Shown: positions 1 to 10,171 of the stretch, piece after piece
How positions within the stretch are numbered: the first letter of the stretch is position 1
Layout of the letters: the number at the start of each line of letters is the position of its first letter
From: a virus
Lineage: Duplodnaviria > Caudoviricetes
DNA: 64,000 bases
Direction: 5' to 3' (one strand)
IMG/VR virus record: IMGVR_UViG_3300037781_000042
Span: 147,582-211,581 of that record
Position numbers and translations under genes: made by a program
The notes under the pieces: model-generated
Databases searched by the model: none
Told to the model about the DNA's origin: nothing
Seen by the model: only the letters and a program-made list of their open reading frames with translations

Positions 1-179
1 GAGTTAGATATAAAAAAATAAATGATTCAACTTGGTTATTTGCTGAATCATCTACTAGTGGATCTTTAACTTTATCTAATCTAGAAGAAAATGAAATTTA
101 TATTGCTTCTTATATGAAGTATTGTTCTTCTACTGATTGGTCTTTTTATTCTAAAAATTTATCATTCAAAACTTTTTAG
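1..179 (+). CDS. 3' end of a fibronectin type III-like domain protein (truncated by window start)
   Basis: Open frame 3..179 reads VRYKKINDSTWLFAESSTSGSLTLSNLEENEIYIASYMKYCSSTDWSFYSKNLSFKTF*, matching the Fn3 pattern Y-K-x5-W ... L-x-x-L-x4-Y ... S-x3-F-x-T; not in the ORF track. Confidence 0.55.
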   Translation, partial: VRYKKINDSTWLFAESSTSGSLTLSNLEENEIYIASYMKYCSSTDWSFYSKNLSFKTF

Positions 180-563
180 TTCTGGACAATATTTGATAAA
201 TTCTAAATTGTCTAATTCTTTTAATTCCTTTTTACATTCTTTTATTTCTGTAGAAACTATCATAAATTTTTCAATTTTTTCAGAATATTTCTCTTCTATA
301 AATCTCTGTAAATTTTCAACTAAAGAAGTATGAATTACAGGAACTTTATAAACAAAGTATTTAGACTTAGAACTTTTAAAACTATTTTGAATTTTCTTAG
401 TTAAAAAACAATTAAAATGAAAATCTGTATATTCAGGATCTCCTAAATCATGACTATTTTCATAATCTTTTCTAAGAATTTCTACATCTAAAAATTTATA
501 ATAAAATGGATCTAAGATGTCTTTTAAATCTTTTTCTATTTCAGTAGTTAAAATAAAATTCAT
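162..563 (-). CDS. hypothetical protein
   Basis: 133-aa ORF co-oriented with upstream gene; no motif recognised. Confidence 0.6.
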   Translation of the reverse strand: MNFILTTEIEKDLKDILDPFYYKFLDVEILRKDYENSHDLGDPEYTDFHFNCFLTKKIQNSFKSSKSKYFVYKVPVIHTSLVENLQRFIEEKYSEKIEKFMIVSTEIKECKKELKELDNLEFIKYCPELKSFE

Positions 564-593
564 TTATAATAAGTGGTTAATTAAAGTAACAGA

Positions 594-2078
594 TTATATA
601 TTGACACTAGATTTACGCAATTCTTTTATTTGTTCTTCTAAATCACCTGGATTTTCTTCTACATTAATTCTACGAGCTTTAGGTAAAAAGTCTAATTTTT
701 CTATTTCATTATAACTTATATCTAACATACCCGTTATTTCTTTTTGTAATCCTTCAATAGAAGTAAGTTGATTTCCAAATAATATTATATTTCCTTTTAC
801 TAGAGGAATTTCTTTTAAAGTTTTAAGTTTTGTTCTTTGAGCAAATAAAGACCCATTTACTTTTTTAATATCTTCGAACTTTTCTATTTTAGTAAATCCT
901 ACAGTTAAATCTCCATCTACAATTTCTGGTCCACCTTTTAAAGAAGTTAAGTACTTATTATTTGAAAGATACAAATCTCCTACTTCCTGTGGGCAATGAA
1001 GTAAATTTATAATTTCAGTATTTTGACAATCTAAATCTCCTACTTTTACTGGAATTCCTTCTAAAGTCTTTAATGGATTATAAGAACAGTCGTATTCGCG
1101 ACCTACCTGTTTTGGTCCATCTACCAAACTAGGCAAATTGTTATAAGAACAATCAAAAATTCCTTCTACTATTTCTGGAGATCCTTCTAAATTTTCTAAT
1201 TTATTATTAGAGCAATTGAAATTTTCTGTAATTTTTCTGAATCTAATTCCTATATCTAATAAACTATTTAAATTTCTTCTAAATAAGTTTATGCTTCCAT
1301 CATAATCATAAGTTCCATCTCCATTATCAGTTAACTTATCTTCATTAATTCCATATTTTGTAAGTGTACGATGTAATTGAGCTTGAGGAGAAGTTAATTC
1401 TCTAGGCATAAAAATATTTTCATCAAGTCCTAACTCGTTCATAACATAATGCATTCCTATTTCTGTATCATTTGCATTATAAACAAGTCTTCTTTCATCT
1501 TCATAAACAGCTACTGCAATTTTGGAATAAGTTTTACTGTGTGATCTATTTTTATCTATAATGTAATAAAGAGTTACTCCTTGATTATAAACATAACTTT
1601 TAAAATAATTATCTTTTTTAGCAGCAGTACACCATCTAGTTCCTGATCCGTATTTACAACTAGATTCTATCGTTTGCGGAACAATAATTAAAAAATCATC
1701 ATTATCTAATATTACTTCTACCTCAGAAGTTTCTTTCTTTTCTTTATCTATTTCCTTTTTTCTTTTAAGTGCTTGTGTAATAAGCGAATCAAATTCTTCA
1801 TAAGAAAGTCTTTGAATATCTGCATTTATTAGATTTCTATTTTCTAATTCATGATAAGTCTCTATAGCAGAAGAAAGTTCAAATGGTTCTACTTTATCTT
1901 TTAAATGAAATTCAATTAATTTTTCTACATATTTAAAATTAGGACTTGGATCCATCTTTACAAACTCGTCAAACGTTTCCTTATCTATTTTATTTGTATT
2001 TAAAAATCTTCTTTTAGCACTTGCTTTAGATTCATTTAAACTTAAAAAGTCTCTATAATTTAAAAATTCTTTATTCAT
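594..2078 (-). CDS. family A protein: capsid-targeting-like tag + KYGxGTxWC domain + C-terminal LRR
   Basis: N-term MNKEFLNYRDFLSLNE; SCKYGSGTRWCTAA; repeats such as FNCSNNKLENLEGSPEIV. Confidence 0.75.
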   Translation of the reverse strand: MNKEFLNYRDFLSLNESKASAKRRFLNTNKIDKETFDEFVKMDPSPNFKYVEKLIEFHLKDKVEPFELSSAIETYHELENRNLINADIQRLSYEEFDSLITQALKRKKEIDKEKKETSEVEVILDNDDFLIIVPQTIESSCKYGSGTRWCTAAKKDNYFKSYVYNQGVTLYYIIDKNRSHSKTYSKIAVAVYEDERRLVYNANDTEIGMHYVMNELGLDENIFMPRELTSPQAQLHRTLTKYGINEDKLTDNGDGTYDYDGSINLFRRNLNSLLDIGIRFRKITENFNCSNNKLENLEGSPEIVEGIFDCSYNNLPSLVDGPKQVGREYDCSYNPLKTLEGIPVKVGDLDCQNTEIINLLHCPQEVGDLYLSNNKYLTSLKGGPEIVDGDLTVGFTKIEKFEDIKKVNGSLFAQRTKLKTLKEIPLVKGNIILFGNQLTSIEGLQKEITGMLDISYNEIEKLDFLPKARRINVEENPGDLEEQIKELRKSSVNI

Positions 2079-3235
2079 TATTCTATTATTCTTGGTGGTC
2101 TGTTTGAAATTACTTCTAATAAACCTAATTCTAACTCATCTCTTTTATTTGATTCTGGATTTATATTTTTAGGAGCTTCTGGAATTCTCCTATCTGGATT
2201 TACTTCTAAATTTCCTAAATCCAGTTGTTCTCTTCTAGCACTCGAAACATTTAATTCTCCTAAATCTAATTGTTCTCTTTCTGAACTTTCTGCATTTATA
2301 TTATCAGGAAGTCTAATTTCTCTTTTAAGTTTTGCTTCTTCAGCAGATTCTTCTTCAATATTTGAAATTTTTATTTTATTTGAATCTTTAAAATCTTGAT
2401 AATCTTCTTCCTTAGGTCTTCTTTCGTTTCCTTGTTCTGCATATAAACCAGTTTTAGGTCTAACGAAATTAGTTAAGAAATTAAAGTCTTGTCTATTATC
2501 ATCACTAAAGTAGCCTGTTCCTCCATATCCAAATAATTCTTTAGTAGGCAAATTATAAACTTCTAAAATTCTTCTAGGAATAATTTCAAATGTATGTTTT
2601 ATATCATCTTCGGTTCCTTCATTAGTAATAGAAGATGCAAGTCCCGAATAATCATCAAAAACAAATTCACAATCTCTAAGCTTTAAAACAATTACTCCTT
2701 GAGAATCATCATCATATTCTAATTTATTTCCATTTCTCTTAAGTAGTATTCTAGGATCTATAAGATAAATAGACATATCAAAAAATCTTAAATTTTTAAC
2801 TAAAACGTCTCTCATATATTTTTTATCTTGAACTGTTGATCTATAAGCTTCCATTAAAGATAAAAATTTCATATCGACAGATTCTCTAGAAGATACCGTA
2901 AAAGAAGTTCCTTCAGGAAGTCTTGGACCTTCGTTATTTAAAGTTAAAAGATCATTTACTCCTGAAAGTTGAGTAAACCACCAAGGTTCTTCAATAGAAA
3001 ATTTTCTTAATAAATTAACAAAATAATCTAATTTTTGAACTCTTAAATCGTCTCCTCTTGAAGATAGAAAATCTCTAGCACCTCCTGAAAGTAATCCAGG
3101 TTCTAAAGATTCGTCAGGAGAAATTCTAGGAAAAAATTCAAAACGCAAACCAAATGTTAAATATAATGGATCTTGAACTCCATCTACACTTCTATTTATA
3201 AATCTATTTCTATAATTATCGTACTTATTTATCAT
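2078..3235 (-). CDS. hypothetical protein, possibly tail/baseplate structural, with three C-terminal acidic repeats
   Basis: 385-aa ORF; repeats NAESSEREQLDLGEL / NVSSARREQLDLGNL / NPESNKRDELELGLL; structural role is only a guess. Confidence 0.45.
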   Translation of the reverse strand: MINKYDNYRNRFINRSVDGVQDPLYLTFGLRFEFFPRISPDESLEPGLLSGGARDFLSSRGDDLRVQKLDYFVNLLRKFSIEEPWWFTQLSGVNDLLTLNNEGPRLPEGTSFTVSSRESVDMKFLSLMEAYRSTVQDKKYMRDVLVKNLRFFDMSIYLIDPRILLKRNGNKLEYDDDSQGVIVLKLRDCEFVFDDYSGLASSITNEGTEDDIKHTFEIIPRRILEVYNLPTKELFGYGGTGYFSDDNRQDFNFLTNFVRPKTGLYAEQGNERRPKEEDYQDFKDSNKIKISNIEEESAEEAKLKREIRLPDNINAESSEREQLDLGELNVSSARREQLDLGNLEVNPDRRIPEAPKNINPESNKRDELELGLLEVISNRPPRIIE

Positions 3236-3245
3236 TTGTATCTAT

Positions 3246-4151
3246 TTAAAATTCTAATCCTGTATCTTCTAAATCTTTAGCTTCTTTATTCCATTTATAA
3301 ACTTCTTGATTTATAGATAATTTAATATTATTTTCTTCTGAATAAGAAAGAAGTTTTCTACATGAGGGTAGATCCCAATCCATTAAATCTTCTATAATCT
3401 TCTTTTGTTCTTCTTCTGGTAAAGATACTAGATATTTTATTGAATCTTCGTATTTTTCTTGAGGTTCAACTTCTATATTTCCTTTAACTTCAAAAGTAAA
3501 TTTTTTAGAAAGTATATTGTTACGATGACACCGGAAATCGCCACCTACAGACTTAAGATTTTCAAGACCTTTCAAACTGGTTAACTTGTTACCATGGCAC
3601 GCAAAAGTACCATCTACAAACTTAAGACTTTGAAAACCTTCTAAACTAGTTAACTTATTATAATGCAACCATAAATCCTCTCCTACAGACTTAAGATTCT
3701 CAAGCCCTTTTAAACCGGTTAATTTGTTATTATCACACCTGAAAGAGCCACCTACAAACTCAAGATTCTTAAGACCTTCTAAAGTAGTTAACTGGTTTTT
3801 AGAACATAAAAAATAATCACGTACAGACTTAAGACTTTCTAAACCTTCTAAACTAGTTAATTTGTTATTAGAACAATCGAAATCGCCACCTACAGACTTA
3901 ATTCTAAAAGGTAACTTAGTTAACTTCATTTCACTTAAATTTATATCCCCTGTACAAGAGACATACCCTTCTTCACCTATTGTCCAAGCACCAGATAAAC
4001 GATGCTTCCTAGTTGGAGTCTTTTTCCCTTCTAGGTTTTCTTGGATCCATTTTTTAACTTCTCCAGGATCTTCTAAAGGAAACCTAGATTGATCGAAACC
4101 TTTGCTTTCGTTTATAAACTCTGTATAATTTTTTATCTGTTTAGTTATCAA
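3246..4151 (-). CDS. family B LRR protein (23-aa repeats) with capsid-targeting-like tag
   Basis: MITKQIKNYTEFINE; FDQSRFPLEDP block; about six xFxCxxNKLTxLxGLExLKxVG repeats; ends LEDTGLEF. Confidence 0.8.
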   Translation of the reverse strand: MITKQIKNYTEFINESKGFDQSRFPLEDPGEVKKWIQENLEGKKTPTRKHRLSGAWTIGEEGYVSCTGDINLSEMKLTKLPFRIKSVGGDFDCSNNKLTSLEGLESLKSVRDYFLCSKNQLTTLEGLKNLEFVGGSFRCDNNKLTGLKGLENLKSVGEDLWLHYNKLTSLEGFQSLKFVDGTFACHGNKLTSLKGLENLKSVGGDFRCHRNNILSKKFTFEVKGNIEVEPQEKYEDSIKYLVSLPEEEQKKIIEDLMDWDLPSCRKLLSYSEENNIKLSINQEVYKWNKEAKDLEDTGLEF

Positions 4152-4591
4152 TTTTCTTTATTTTTGTTTTTTACATTTGCTAACTTCTTTTTAGTTAGTA
4201 TCAATTTCATCATCATTGCAAGCAATAATGAATTTTCTTCTCTATTTAATACATAAGCAAAATTTTCTTTTAAAGACCACTTACTGATAAATTCTCTCAT
4301 ATTTAAAGAAGATACATCAATTGCAATTGCATCTATTTCTCTAGTAACTTCTTCTGCTCCAAAAGAACCATCGTTATTAAAGCTTCCTAAAAAACTTATT
4401 CTTTTAGAATCTACTTCTAGTTCTAATTCGTCTAAAATTTCTGCTAAAACGTCGTGAGTTTCATCTTGAGGCTCTACTATAAAAGGTCTATTATTTAAAA
4501 CATTTTCAGAATAATAAACTCCTAACTGCCCTTCCTTTGTCATAGTATACAAAAGAAATCCCATTTTAGTATATTCAATATTATTTGGCAT
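4148..4591 (-). CDS. hypothetical protein, possible degenerate Nudix-like fold
   Basis: 147 aa; EPQDETHDVLAEILDELELEV...FLGSF loosely resembles a Nudix box lacking key residues. Confidence 0.35.
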   Translation of the reverse strand: MPNNIEYTKMGFLLYTMTKEGQLGVYYSENVLNNRPFIVEPQDETHDVLAEILDELELEVDSKRISFLGSFNNDGSFGAEEVTREIDAIAIDVSSLNMREFISKWSLKENFAYVLNREENSLLLAMMMKLILTKKKLANVKNKNKEN

Positions 4592-5813
4592 TAATACTCC
4601 CTAATACTGGAGCCCATCTTCTCTGTAAAAAATCATACATAGAAGTTTTCTCCTTGTTATTTTTCCAAGTTAACTTTTTCCTTAAAGTAACTCCTTTTAA
4701 ATCATCAATTGCATCTTTACCCAAAGAAGGATTGTTTTCTATTGTCAAGGTACCTGAAATGTTTTTCGGTAAACCTTTTAAACTTGTTAATTTTTTATTT
4801 CCTTCTATTTTAAAACTTTCAACACCTTTAAATTCTGAAAAATCTACGCTTTCTAAAGATTCTAGATCTGTATCAGAAATAACAATTGCTCCTGTTATTT
4901 TAAAATCTATATTCTTCATTCTAGAAAAATCGATATAAGGAATATCAGAATTTACATAAAAATCTTTAAAATGAATCTGTTCAACGTTTTTTTCAACATT
5001 ATGTCCTATTTTAGGATTATGATTGTGAACTAAAATTTTTCTGCTTTCTCCTTCTGGTTCAGGTTTTTCTAAAAGCTTTTTAATTTTATCTGGTAAAGCA
5101 TTCCACCAAATTCTTCTTTCTTCATTCATTCCAGTATCTAAAATAGGATTAAATGAAGAATCAGGTGCGTCCCAAAAATTAGAAAGCTGTCCACTATAAT
5201 TTACTTGGGCAGCAACCTTATATAAAGGATTTTTATCTTCACTCGAAACGGGTTGACTATCAAAAGCTTTGTTTGTTATAACATAAAAATGTTGTCCTTG
5301 TCTCCAAAAATAATCGTTCCAGTGTACTGGAGTTAAAAACGTAATACACCATTTAGTTCCTGATCCTATCTTTTTTGCTCCTGTCCAATTAAATACTAAA
5401 TGACATCTCCAAGCATCGTCATCATAAACCATTACACTATTTTCAGAAATTTCTTTTTTCTTCTTTTGTGTATTAGAAATCTTTCCTCTAGCATCTATAA
5501 TAACTTTTTCAAAGTCATCTATTTCAGAATATCTTTGAATGTCTTTATCGTTTCCACTTATTATATTTCTATTTGTTTTTTCGTGAAACTCTTCTATTAA
5601 ATGACTAAGAGCCATTATTCTTTCCAGTTCCATGATTTGAGAATAATTTTCATGATCTTTCATTTGAAGAAAGAAGTCACACATTTTCTCAATATATTTT
5701 TTATTATTTGTTGGATCTGCAGATAAAAGCTGTGTAAAAGTAGAACTGTTGATTCTTCCAGTTTCTACAAATCTTTGTTCTGCTTGTTTTTTACCTTCAT
5801 TAAGATGTTGCAT
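4581..5813 (-). CDS. family A protein (KxGxGTKWC domain, short C-terminal LRR-like region)
   Basis: MQHLNE; ADPTNNKKYIEKM; KKIGSGTKWCIT; NKKLTSLKGLPKNISG. Confidence 0.7.
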   Translation of the reverse strand: MQHLNEGKKQAEQRFVETGRINSSTFTQLLSADPTNNKKYIEKMCDFFLQMKDHENYSQIMELERIMALSHLIEEFHEKTNRNIISGNDKDIQRYSEIDDFEKVIIDARGKISNTQKKKKEISENSVMVYDDDAWRCHLVFNWTGAKKIGSGTKWCITFLTPVHWNDYFWRQGQHFYVITNKAFDSQPVSSEDKNPLYKVAAQVNYSGQLSNFWDAPDSSFNPILDTGMNEERRIWWNALPDKIKKLLEKPEPEGESRKILVHNHNPKIGHNVEKNVEQIHFKDFYVNSDIPYIDFSRMKNIDFKITGAIVISDTDLESLESVDFSEFKGVESFKIEGNKKLTSLKGLPKNISGTLTIENNPSLGKDAIDDLKGVTLRKKLTWKNNKEKTSMYDFLQRRWAPVLGSINAK

Positions 5814-5852
5814 TCTTATTTGTTTTTATTTCTTTTAGTATAGTATATATTT

Positions 5853-6521
5853 CTATTGTTTTACGTACCTGTCTAAGTATTCATAACAACATTTTAAAAA
5901 CCATTCAAAAGTATCTGTTCCTTTAAATAATTTTAAATAAACATTCCATATTTGACCTTTAACATGATCTACAGGTTCTACTTCTTGTAAAGTTCTTTCT
6001 ATTTTTTCTTTATTCCACTTCAATTGATTTTGGAACTTATTCATTTGTTCATTTGCATAAGCTCTTATTTCTTCAAAAGTAGAAAAATATTTAATATCAT
6101 CTTCTAAATCAGAGCCTTCCATAAAAGGTCTTTTAGGATTTAAAGAATCTTGTTGATGTGTCATTTCATGAACTAAAGAATCTTCTAATCTAGACATCCA
6201 ATTATCCCATTTAGTATCATTTTCTTTTATAGAAAGAACATCTGGCTGTAGTAAAATATGTACTTGTTCATCTTTAGAATTATGAAATGCTGGACTTCCT
6301 TCTAATTCTGGAAAATCTTTGTAAGTATGAAATACTACGTCATATTTTTTAGTTACCATTGTTAAATATTCAGCAAGCTCCTCTAAAGAAGTTACTTTAG
6401 ATTGAATAAAATCTTTAGATCTAGCAACGTCTTTTTTAATTAATTCAATAGCATCCCATGGGATTGATGTTGATACTTTTTCATTTATAAATTCTTTATA
6501 TGTCTTAAATTCTTTATTCAT
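5853..6521 (-). CDS. putative zincin-type metallopeptidase with capsid-targeting-like tag
   Basis: LVHEMTHQQD (HExxH) with downstream EEIRAY candidate third ligand; N-term MNKEFKTYKEFINE. Confidence 0.6.
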   Translation of the reverse strand: MNKEFKTYKEFINEKVSTSIPWDAIELIKKDVARSKDFIQSKVTSLEELAEYLTMVTKKYDVVFHTYKDFPELEGSPAFHNSKDEQVHILLQPDVLSIKENDTKWDNWMSRLEDSLVHEMTHQQDSLNPKRPFMEGSDLEDDIKYFSTFEEIRAYANEQMNKFQNQLKWNKEKIERTLQEVEPVDHVKGQIWNVYLKLFKGTDTFEWFLKCCYEYLDRYVKQ

Positions 6522-6859
6522 TATGGTGTATAATTTTCTAATGGTACTGTTAAATCAATTTTATCTCCATTAAAAGTAAAACATAAAAGATATTCAGGAG
6601 TAGTATTTACATTAGCAACAAAATAATTTACGAATATGTTTGAAGAAAAATCTACTAATACATTGGCGTCCGAAGTTCCTAAATCGGAATGTGTATACAC
6701 TTCTAAATTATCTACAAATTTCTTTATTACTATTGTTTGATCATCATAATCTAAAGTGTCTTCCAAAAGTATATCAGAAACTTGTTCTAAAGGATATTTC
6801 ATTACAGGAAATACATCTTCCTTTAAATACGTTATTACTATAGGATCTAAAATTTTCAT
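6521..6859 (-). CDS. hypothetical protein
   Basis: 112-aa ORF; stop/start overlap with next gene. Confidence 0.6.
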   Translation of the reverse strand: MKILDPIVITYLKEDVFPVMKYPLEQVSDILLEDTLDYDDQTIVIKKFVDNLEVYTHSDLGTSDANVLVDFSSNIFVNYFVANVNTTPEYLLCFTFNGDKIDLTVPLENYTP

Positions 6860-6865
6860 ATAACT

Positions 6866-6884
6866 TATATATCCTTAATATATA
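6866..6884. promoter_or_regulatory. back-to-back RATATATA late-promoter-like motifs between divergent genes
   Basis: GATATATA on - (6866-6873) and AATATATA on + (6877-6884), 6 and 4 nt from the respective ATGs. Confidence 0.45.
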
Positions 6885-6888
6885 GTTT

Positions 6889-8862
6889 ATGAAAGATTCT
6901 CCTTGTAAAGATTGTAGTTGCGAGACTATTTATAGAAAAATTGAACGTCCTAAAACATACCAATTCGGGGTAGATAGTGACCAATGGATAAAATATTATG
7001 TTCCTGTAGATGATTATGCGGATGTAGCTGGTGCTGATTATTTTACATCTTATGAGGACATGGAAACAGATTACAATTCTACTGCTTTAGTAGCCTCTTT
7101 AGCAACTAAATTTTTATCTAATGGTCCGGGGTTTGATCCTTGGCACGATACTATAGAAGAAGCTGTAACATATTTAGATAGTTTTGATTATACGTTTGGA
7201 GGTTCATTTCCAGCAAATTCTTTTTATTGGACAATTATTTATGTAACTAATCCTAATTATGGAAAAGAATTACAATATGATTCTTCAGTATTAAGTTGGC
7301 CAATAAATCAAGATGCTATTTGTTATGACGAATTAAAAGATCCTTTTTGGAAAATTAAATTTCCTATATGTGGATCGAATGGAAAAAAAGACAAAGACAA
7401 TACTTTTAAATTTAAAGATTGTGGTATCTGGAACGTAGAATATAGACTAAGACTTCGTCCTTTAGTATTTTTTGGTTGGCCAGAAGATGGAGATACTTGT
7501 GCAGATCATTGGTTAGAATCGGGAGAAGAAGTAGATAATACTGAAAATAGAACTAAGCTATGGAATACGTATAGATTTTATAGTGCTATGAAAGAACAGG
7601 CAGGAGCAAAATATTTAGGAATGACTAAGCTTAGATTAGAAACTGGAATATTTAATGAAGATAGTCAAACACAAAAACCTATAGTTTGGTCAGAAGGAAA
7701 ATATCCTCAGCCAGTAATTAAATATAAAGACTATTGGGATTCAAATTATGAAAATGGTAAATATCTTTATTATAAGGAATGCTCGCCTACTCAATGGGAA
7801 GGAATGCATCCTCATTTAATATCTTCTGATATGGAAGAAACTGAAGTAGTTTATAAACAATTTAACTACAGTTTTACTTCAGGTTCTGTAAGTGAAGGAT
7901 TATTTGAAGTAACTACAAATGATTTTGATAATCCTGGCGATATTATTCTTTCTAAAAAATCACAACTAAAAGGAGATCAATATAATACAGCAGACATTCC
8001 TTTAAAATATAGGTTAGATGAACCTGATAGATTTTTCAGTAACTGTTTAGAAAATCAATATGCTTCTCCAACAGGAGATGTTGAAATTGTACAAAGAGCT
8101 TTTATAAATGGTGAATGGAAAAAACTTCGTAAAGTTAGTTATAGTTTAATAGAAGTCGTAGAAAATCCTACTTCAGTTACTTTAGATGTAGATGTAGGAA
8201 CAGTTATTAATTATGATGTAGGTAACATTGAAGATACTGATACATTTTATAATGGAACTACGTATAAAACAAAATATGAAATTTTAGTAAGTATAGAAAA
8301 AGTAACTAAATCTGTTCCTAAAATGGATTATGCAAACGTTACTATAGGAAATGTTACTGAATTAACAGATGATTTTGTTTATGAATTGGAAGGATTTACT
8401 CATGTAGATATGGATAAACAAAAAGAAATTTCTATTTATCTTAAAGCTTTACCAGATTCTCCTAGCGGGCATCCTTTAGAACATGATACTGGATTTACAA
8501 TGCCAGGTATTTCTTCTATACAACCAACTAAAAATGGATCTGACCCTGCAATTATAAATGAATCAGATACCATGCCTGAAAAATATTGGCCTTGGGGTGT
8601 ACTTTCTGCAGATGAAAGAACAGGCTATCAAGAACAATTTAAAAAAGTATACGAACCTTTACTTCCTATTCGTCCTGATCTTATTGATTTTGATGCTACT
8701 GGAACTGGGATAATAGATAATGTTAGAGCAGGGCAAGCATATAGATGGGGTCACGTTCTTTCTGATGAAAATTGGATAGGAAGAAAAAATCCTTTCTGGT
8801 ATATTATGATAGAAGAAGGATGGATTAGATTAACTAAAACATGCGAAGGTTGTTGTGATTAA
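6889..8862 (+). CDS. hypothetical protein, possibly virion structural
   Basis: 657-aa ORF with Cys clusters at both termini (CKDCSC; CEGCC). Confidence 0.6.
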   Translation: MKDSPCKDCSCETIYRKIERPKTYQFGVDSDQWIKYYVPVDDYADVAGADYFTSYEDMETDYNSTALVASLATKFLSNGPGFDPWHDTIEEAVTYLDSFDYTFGGSFPANSFYWTIIYVTNPNYGKELQYDSSVLSWPINQDAICYDELKDPFWKIKFPICGSNGKKDKDNTFKFKDCGIWNVEYRLRLRPLVFFGWPEDGDTCADHWLESGEEVDNTENRTKLWNTYRFYSAMKEQAGAKYLGMTKLRLETGIFNEDSQTQKPIVWSEGKYPQPVIKYKDYWDSNYENGKYLYYKECSPTQWEGMHPHLISSDMEETEVVYKQFNYSFTSGSVSEGLFEVTTNDFDNPGDIILSKKSQLKGDQYNTADIPLKYRLDEPDRFFSNCLENQYASPTGDVEIVQRAFINGEWKKLRKVSYSLIEVVENPTSVTLDVDVGTVINYDVGNIEDTDTFYNGTTYKTKYEILVSIEKVTKSVPKMDYANVTIGNVTELTDDFVYELEGFTHVDMDKQKEISIYLKALPDSPSGHPLEHDTGFTMPGISSIQPTKNGSDPAIINESDTMPEKYWPWGVLSADERTGYQEQFKKVYEPLLPIRPDLIDFDATGTGIIDNVRAGQAYRWGHVLSDENWIGRKNPFWYIMIEEGWIRLTKTCEGCCD

Positions 8863-9791
8863 GCAGAACCAAATTTGTTAGGATCTAAACTTTTAAAATA
8901 ATCTAAAGATTGCATTTCTACCTTTTCAGGATCAAATTTAATATAAGGATCTTTTTCAGGTTCTGGAGCAGATGCTAAAGTTATAGTTTTTTGTTGATTT
9001 GTATTTCCTAAAATCTCTTCTTTTTTAACAGAAGCTAAATTAGCAGATCCTTTTAATGTAGTAGCTAAAGTAGCTATAGTTTTTTCTACATCTTTTAAAG
9101 GTTTAATTTTTCCTTTTCTTATCTCATTTTCTAATCTTTTAGCAGATCTTTTTCTAGCAGTCCCTTCTGATTCTCCTGTTCCAAAACCTACAACTCTATT
9201 TACATAATCTATATCAGTAAGTCTTTCTTTTTTAGCTCTTTCAAAATATTTTACTGCTATATCAAAAGCATATTCAGGATCAGCTGCTAACTCAGGATTA
9301 TTTACTAAATCAACTCCTAATTGCTTAGATGCTTTAGTATAATTGTGTTTTCCTGTAAGTTGAATTAAGCCACCTCCTCTATATTTATAACCATCTTCAA
9401 ATTTGTCATTTCCTAAATCTTTTCTTTTTCCATAAAGAACTCCAAATAAATATTCTGGTCCTTTTTTTATAGCTGCTTGTGCATGTTGAATAGTAGGAAA
9501 TTTAACTGCATTTTTTCTTTTACTCTTTTGCTGTTCTTTAGGGCCCCAAAGTTCCATTAATCTTTCAGCAGAATAATTAGTTAATTCTCTTTTAGGAATA
9601 AAACCGGATTCATGCTTTATTTGTGCTAAAATGTTAGCTTGTGCTTTAGGATCTGTTATCCCTGCTTCAATTAATTTACTAAGTAAGATGTTCTTATTTA
9701 ATTGCACTAACTTTTCTTGATCAGATTTTGCAACCTTTCTCCAATTAAAAGTATCTTCGTTTAATTTATAATCTGTGTATTTTATAATCAT
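8859..9791 (-). CDS. glycoside hydrolase family 19 (chitinase/lysozyme-like) peptidoglycan hydrolase
   Basis: ANILAQIKHESG and DGYKYRGGGLIQLTGKHNY are typical phage GH19 motifs. Confidence 0.85.
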   Translation of the reverse strand: MIIKYTDYKLNEDTFNWRKVAKSDQEKLVQLNKNILLSKLIEAGITDPKAQANILAQIKHESGFIPKRELTNYSAERLMELWGPKEQQKSKRKNAVKFPTIQHAQAAIKKGPEYLFGVLYGKRKDLGNDKFEDGYKYRGGGLIQLTGKHNYTKASKQLGVDLVNNPELAADPEYAFDIAVKYFERAKKERLTDIDYVNRVVGFGTGESEGTARKRSAKRLENEIRKGKIKPLKDVEKTIATLATTLKGSANLASVKKEEILGNTNQQKTITLASAPEPEKDPYIKFDPEKVEMQSLDYFKSLDPNKFGSA

Positions 9792-9797
9792 ATTTTT

Positions 9798-10160
9798 TTA
9801 TTTTACACCTACATCTAAATATCTTTGTCCATTAATATAAACCGTTAATAATGCTATATCTCTTACTTGAGCTTGAAAGAACTGTAATTCATAATCTATA
9901 TCAAACTTAGAATCATCATAAACTAAAAATTGTCCAGTCTGATATTTAATGTTATTCAAAATAGTATATTTATTGTAATTCGTCTCAAATATCAAGCGTT
10001 CAAGATTAAGCCCCAGAGAAATTGCCTTTAAGACATCACCTTGATTTGTGAAAAAGAGCATCTTCAATTGTGATAGAAGTTGCTCTAATTCATCTCTTTC
10101 ATCTACTCTTGTAGAGTCAAATGTAATATCATTATTTCCTTTAAAATAAAAATCTTTCAC
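9798..10160 (-). CDS. T4 gp25-like baseplate wedge subunit
   Basis: 120 aa; LLSQLKMLFFTNQGDVL...GLNLERLIFE fits the gp25/GpW pattern and context. Confidence 0.55.
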   Translation of the reverse strand: MKDFYFKGNNDITFDSTRVDERDELEQLLSQLKMLFFTNQGDVLKAISLGLNLERLIFETNYNKYTILNNIKYQTGQFLVYDDSKFDIDYELQFFQAQVRDIALLTVYINGQRYLDVGVK

Positions 10161-10171
10161 GAAAAATTATT

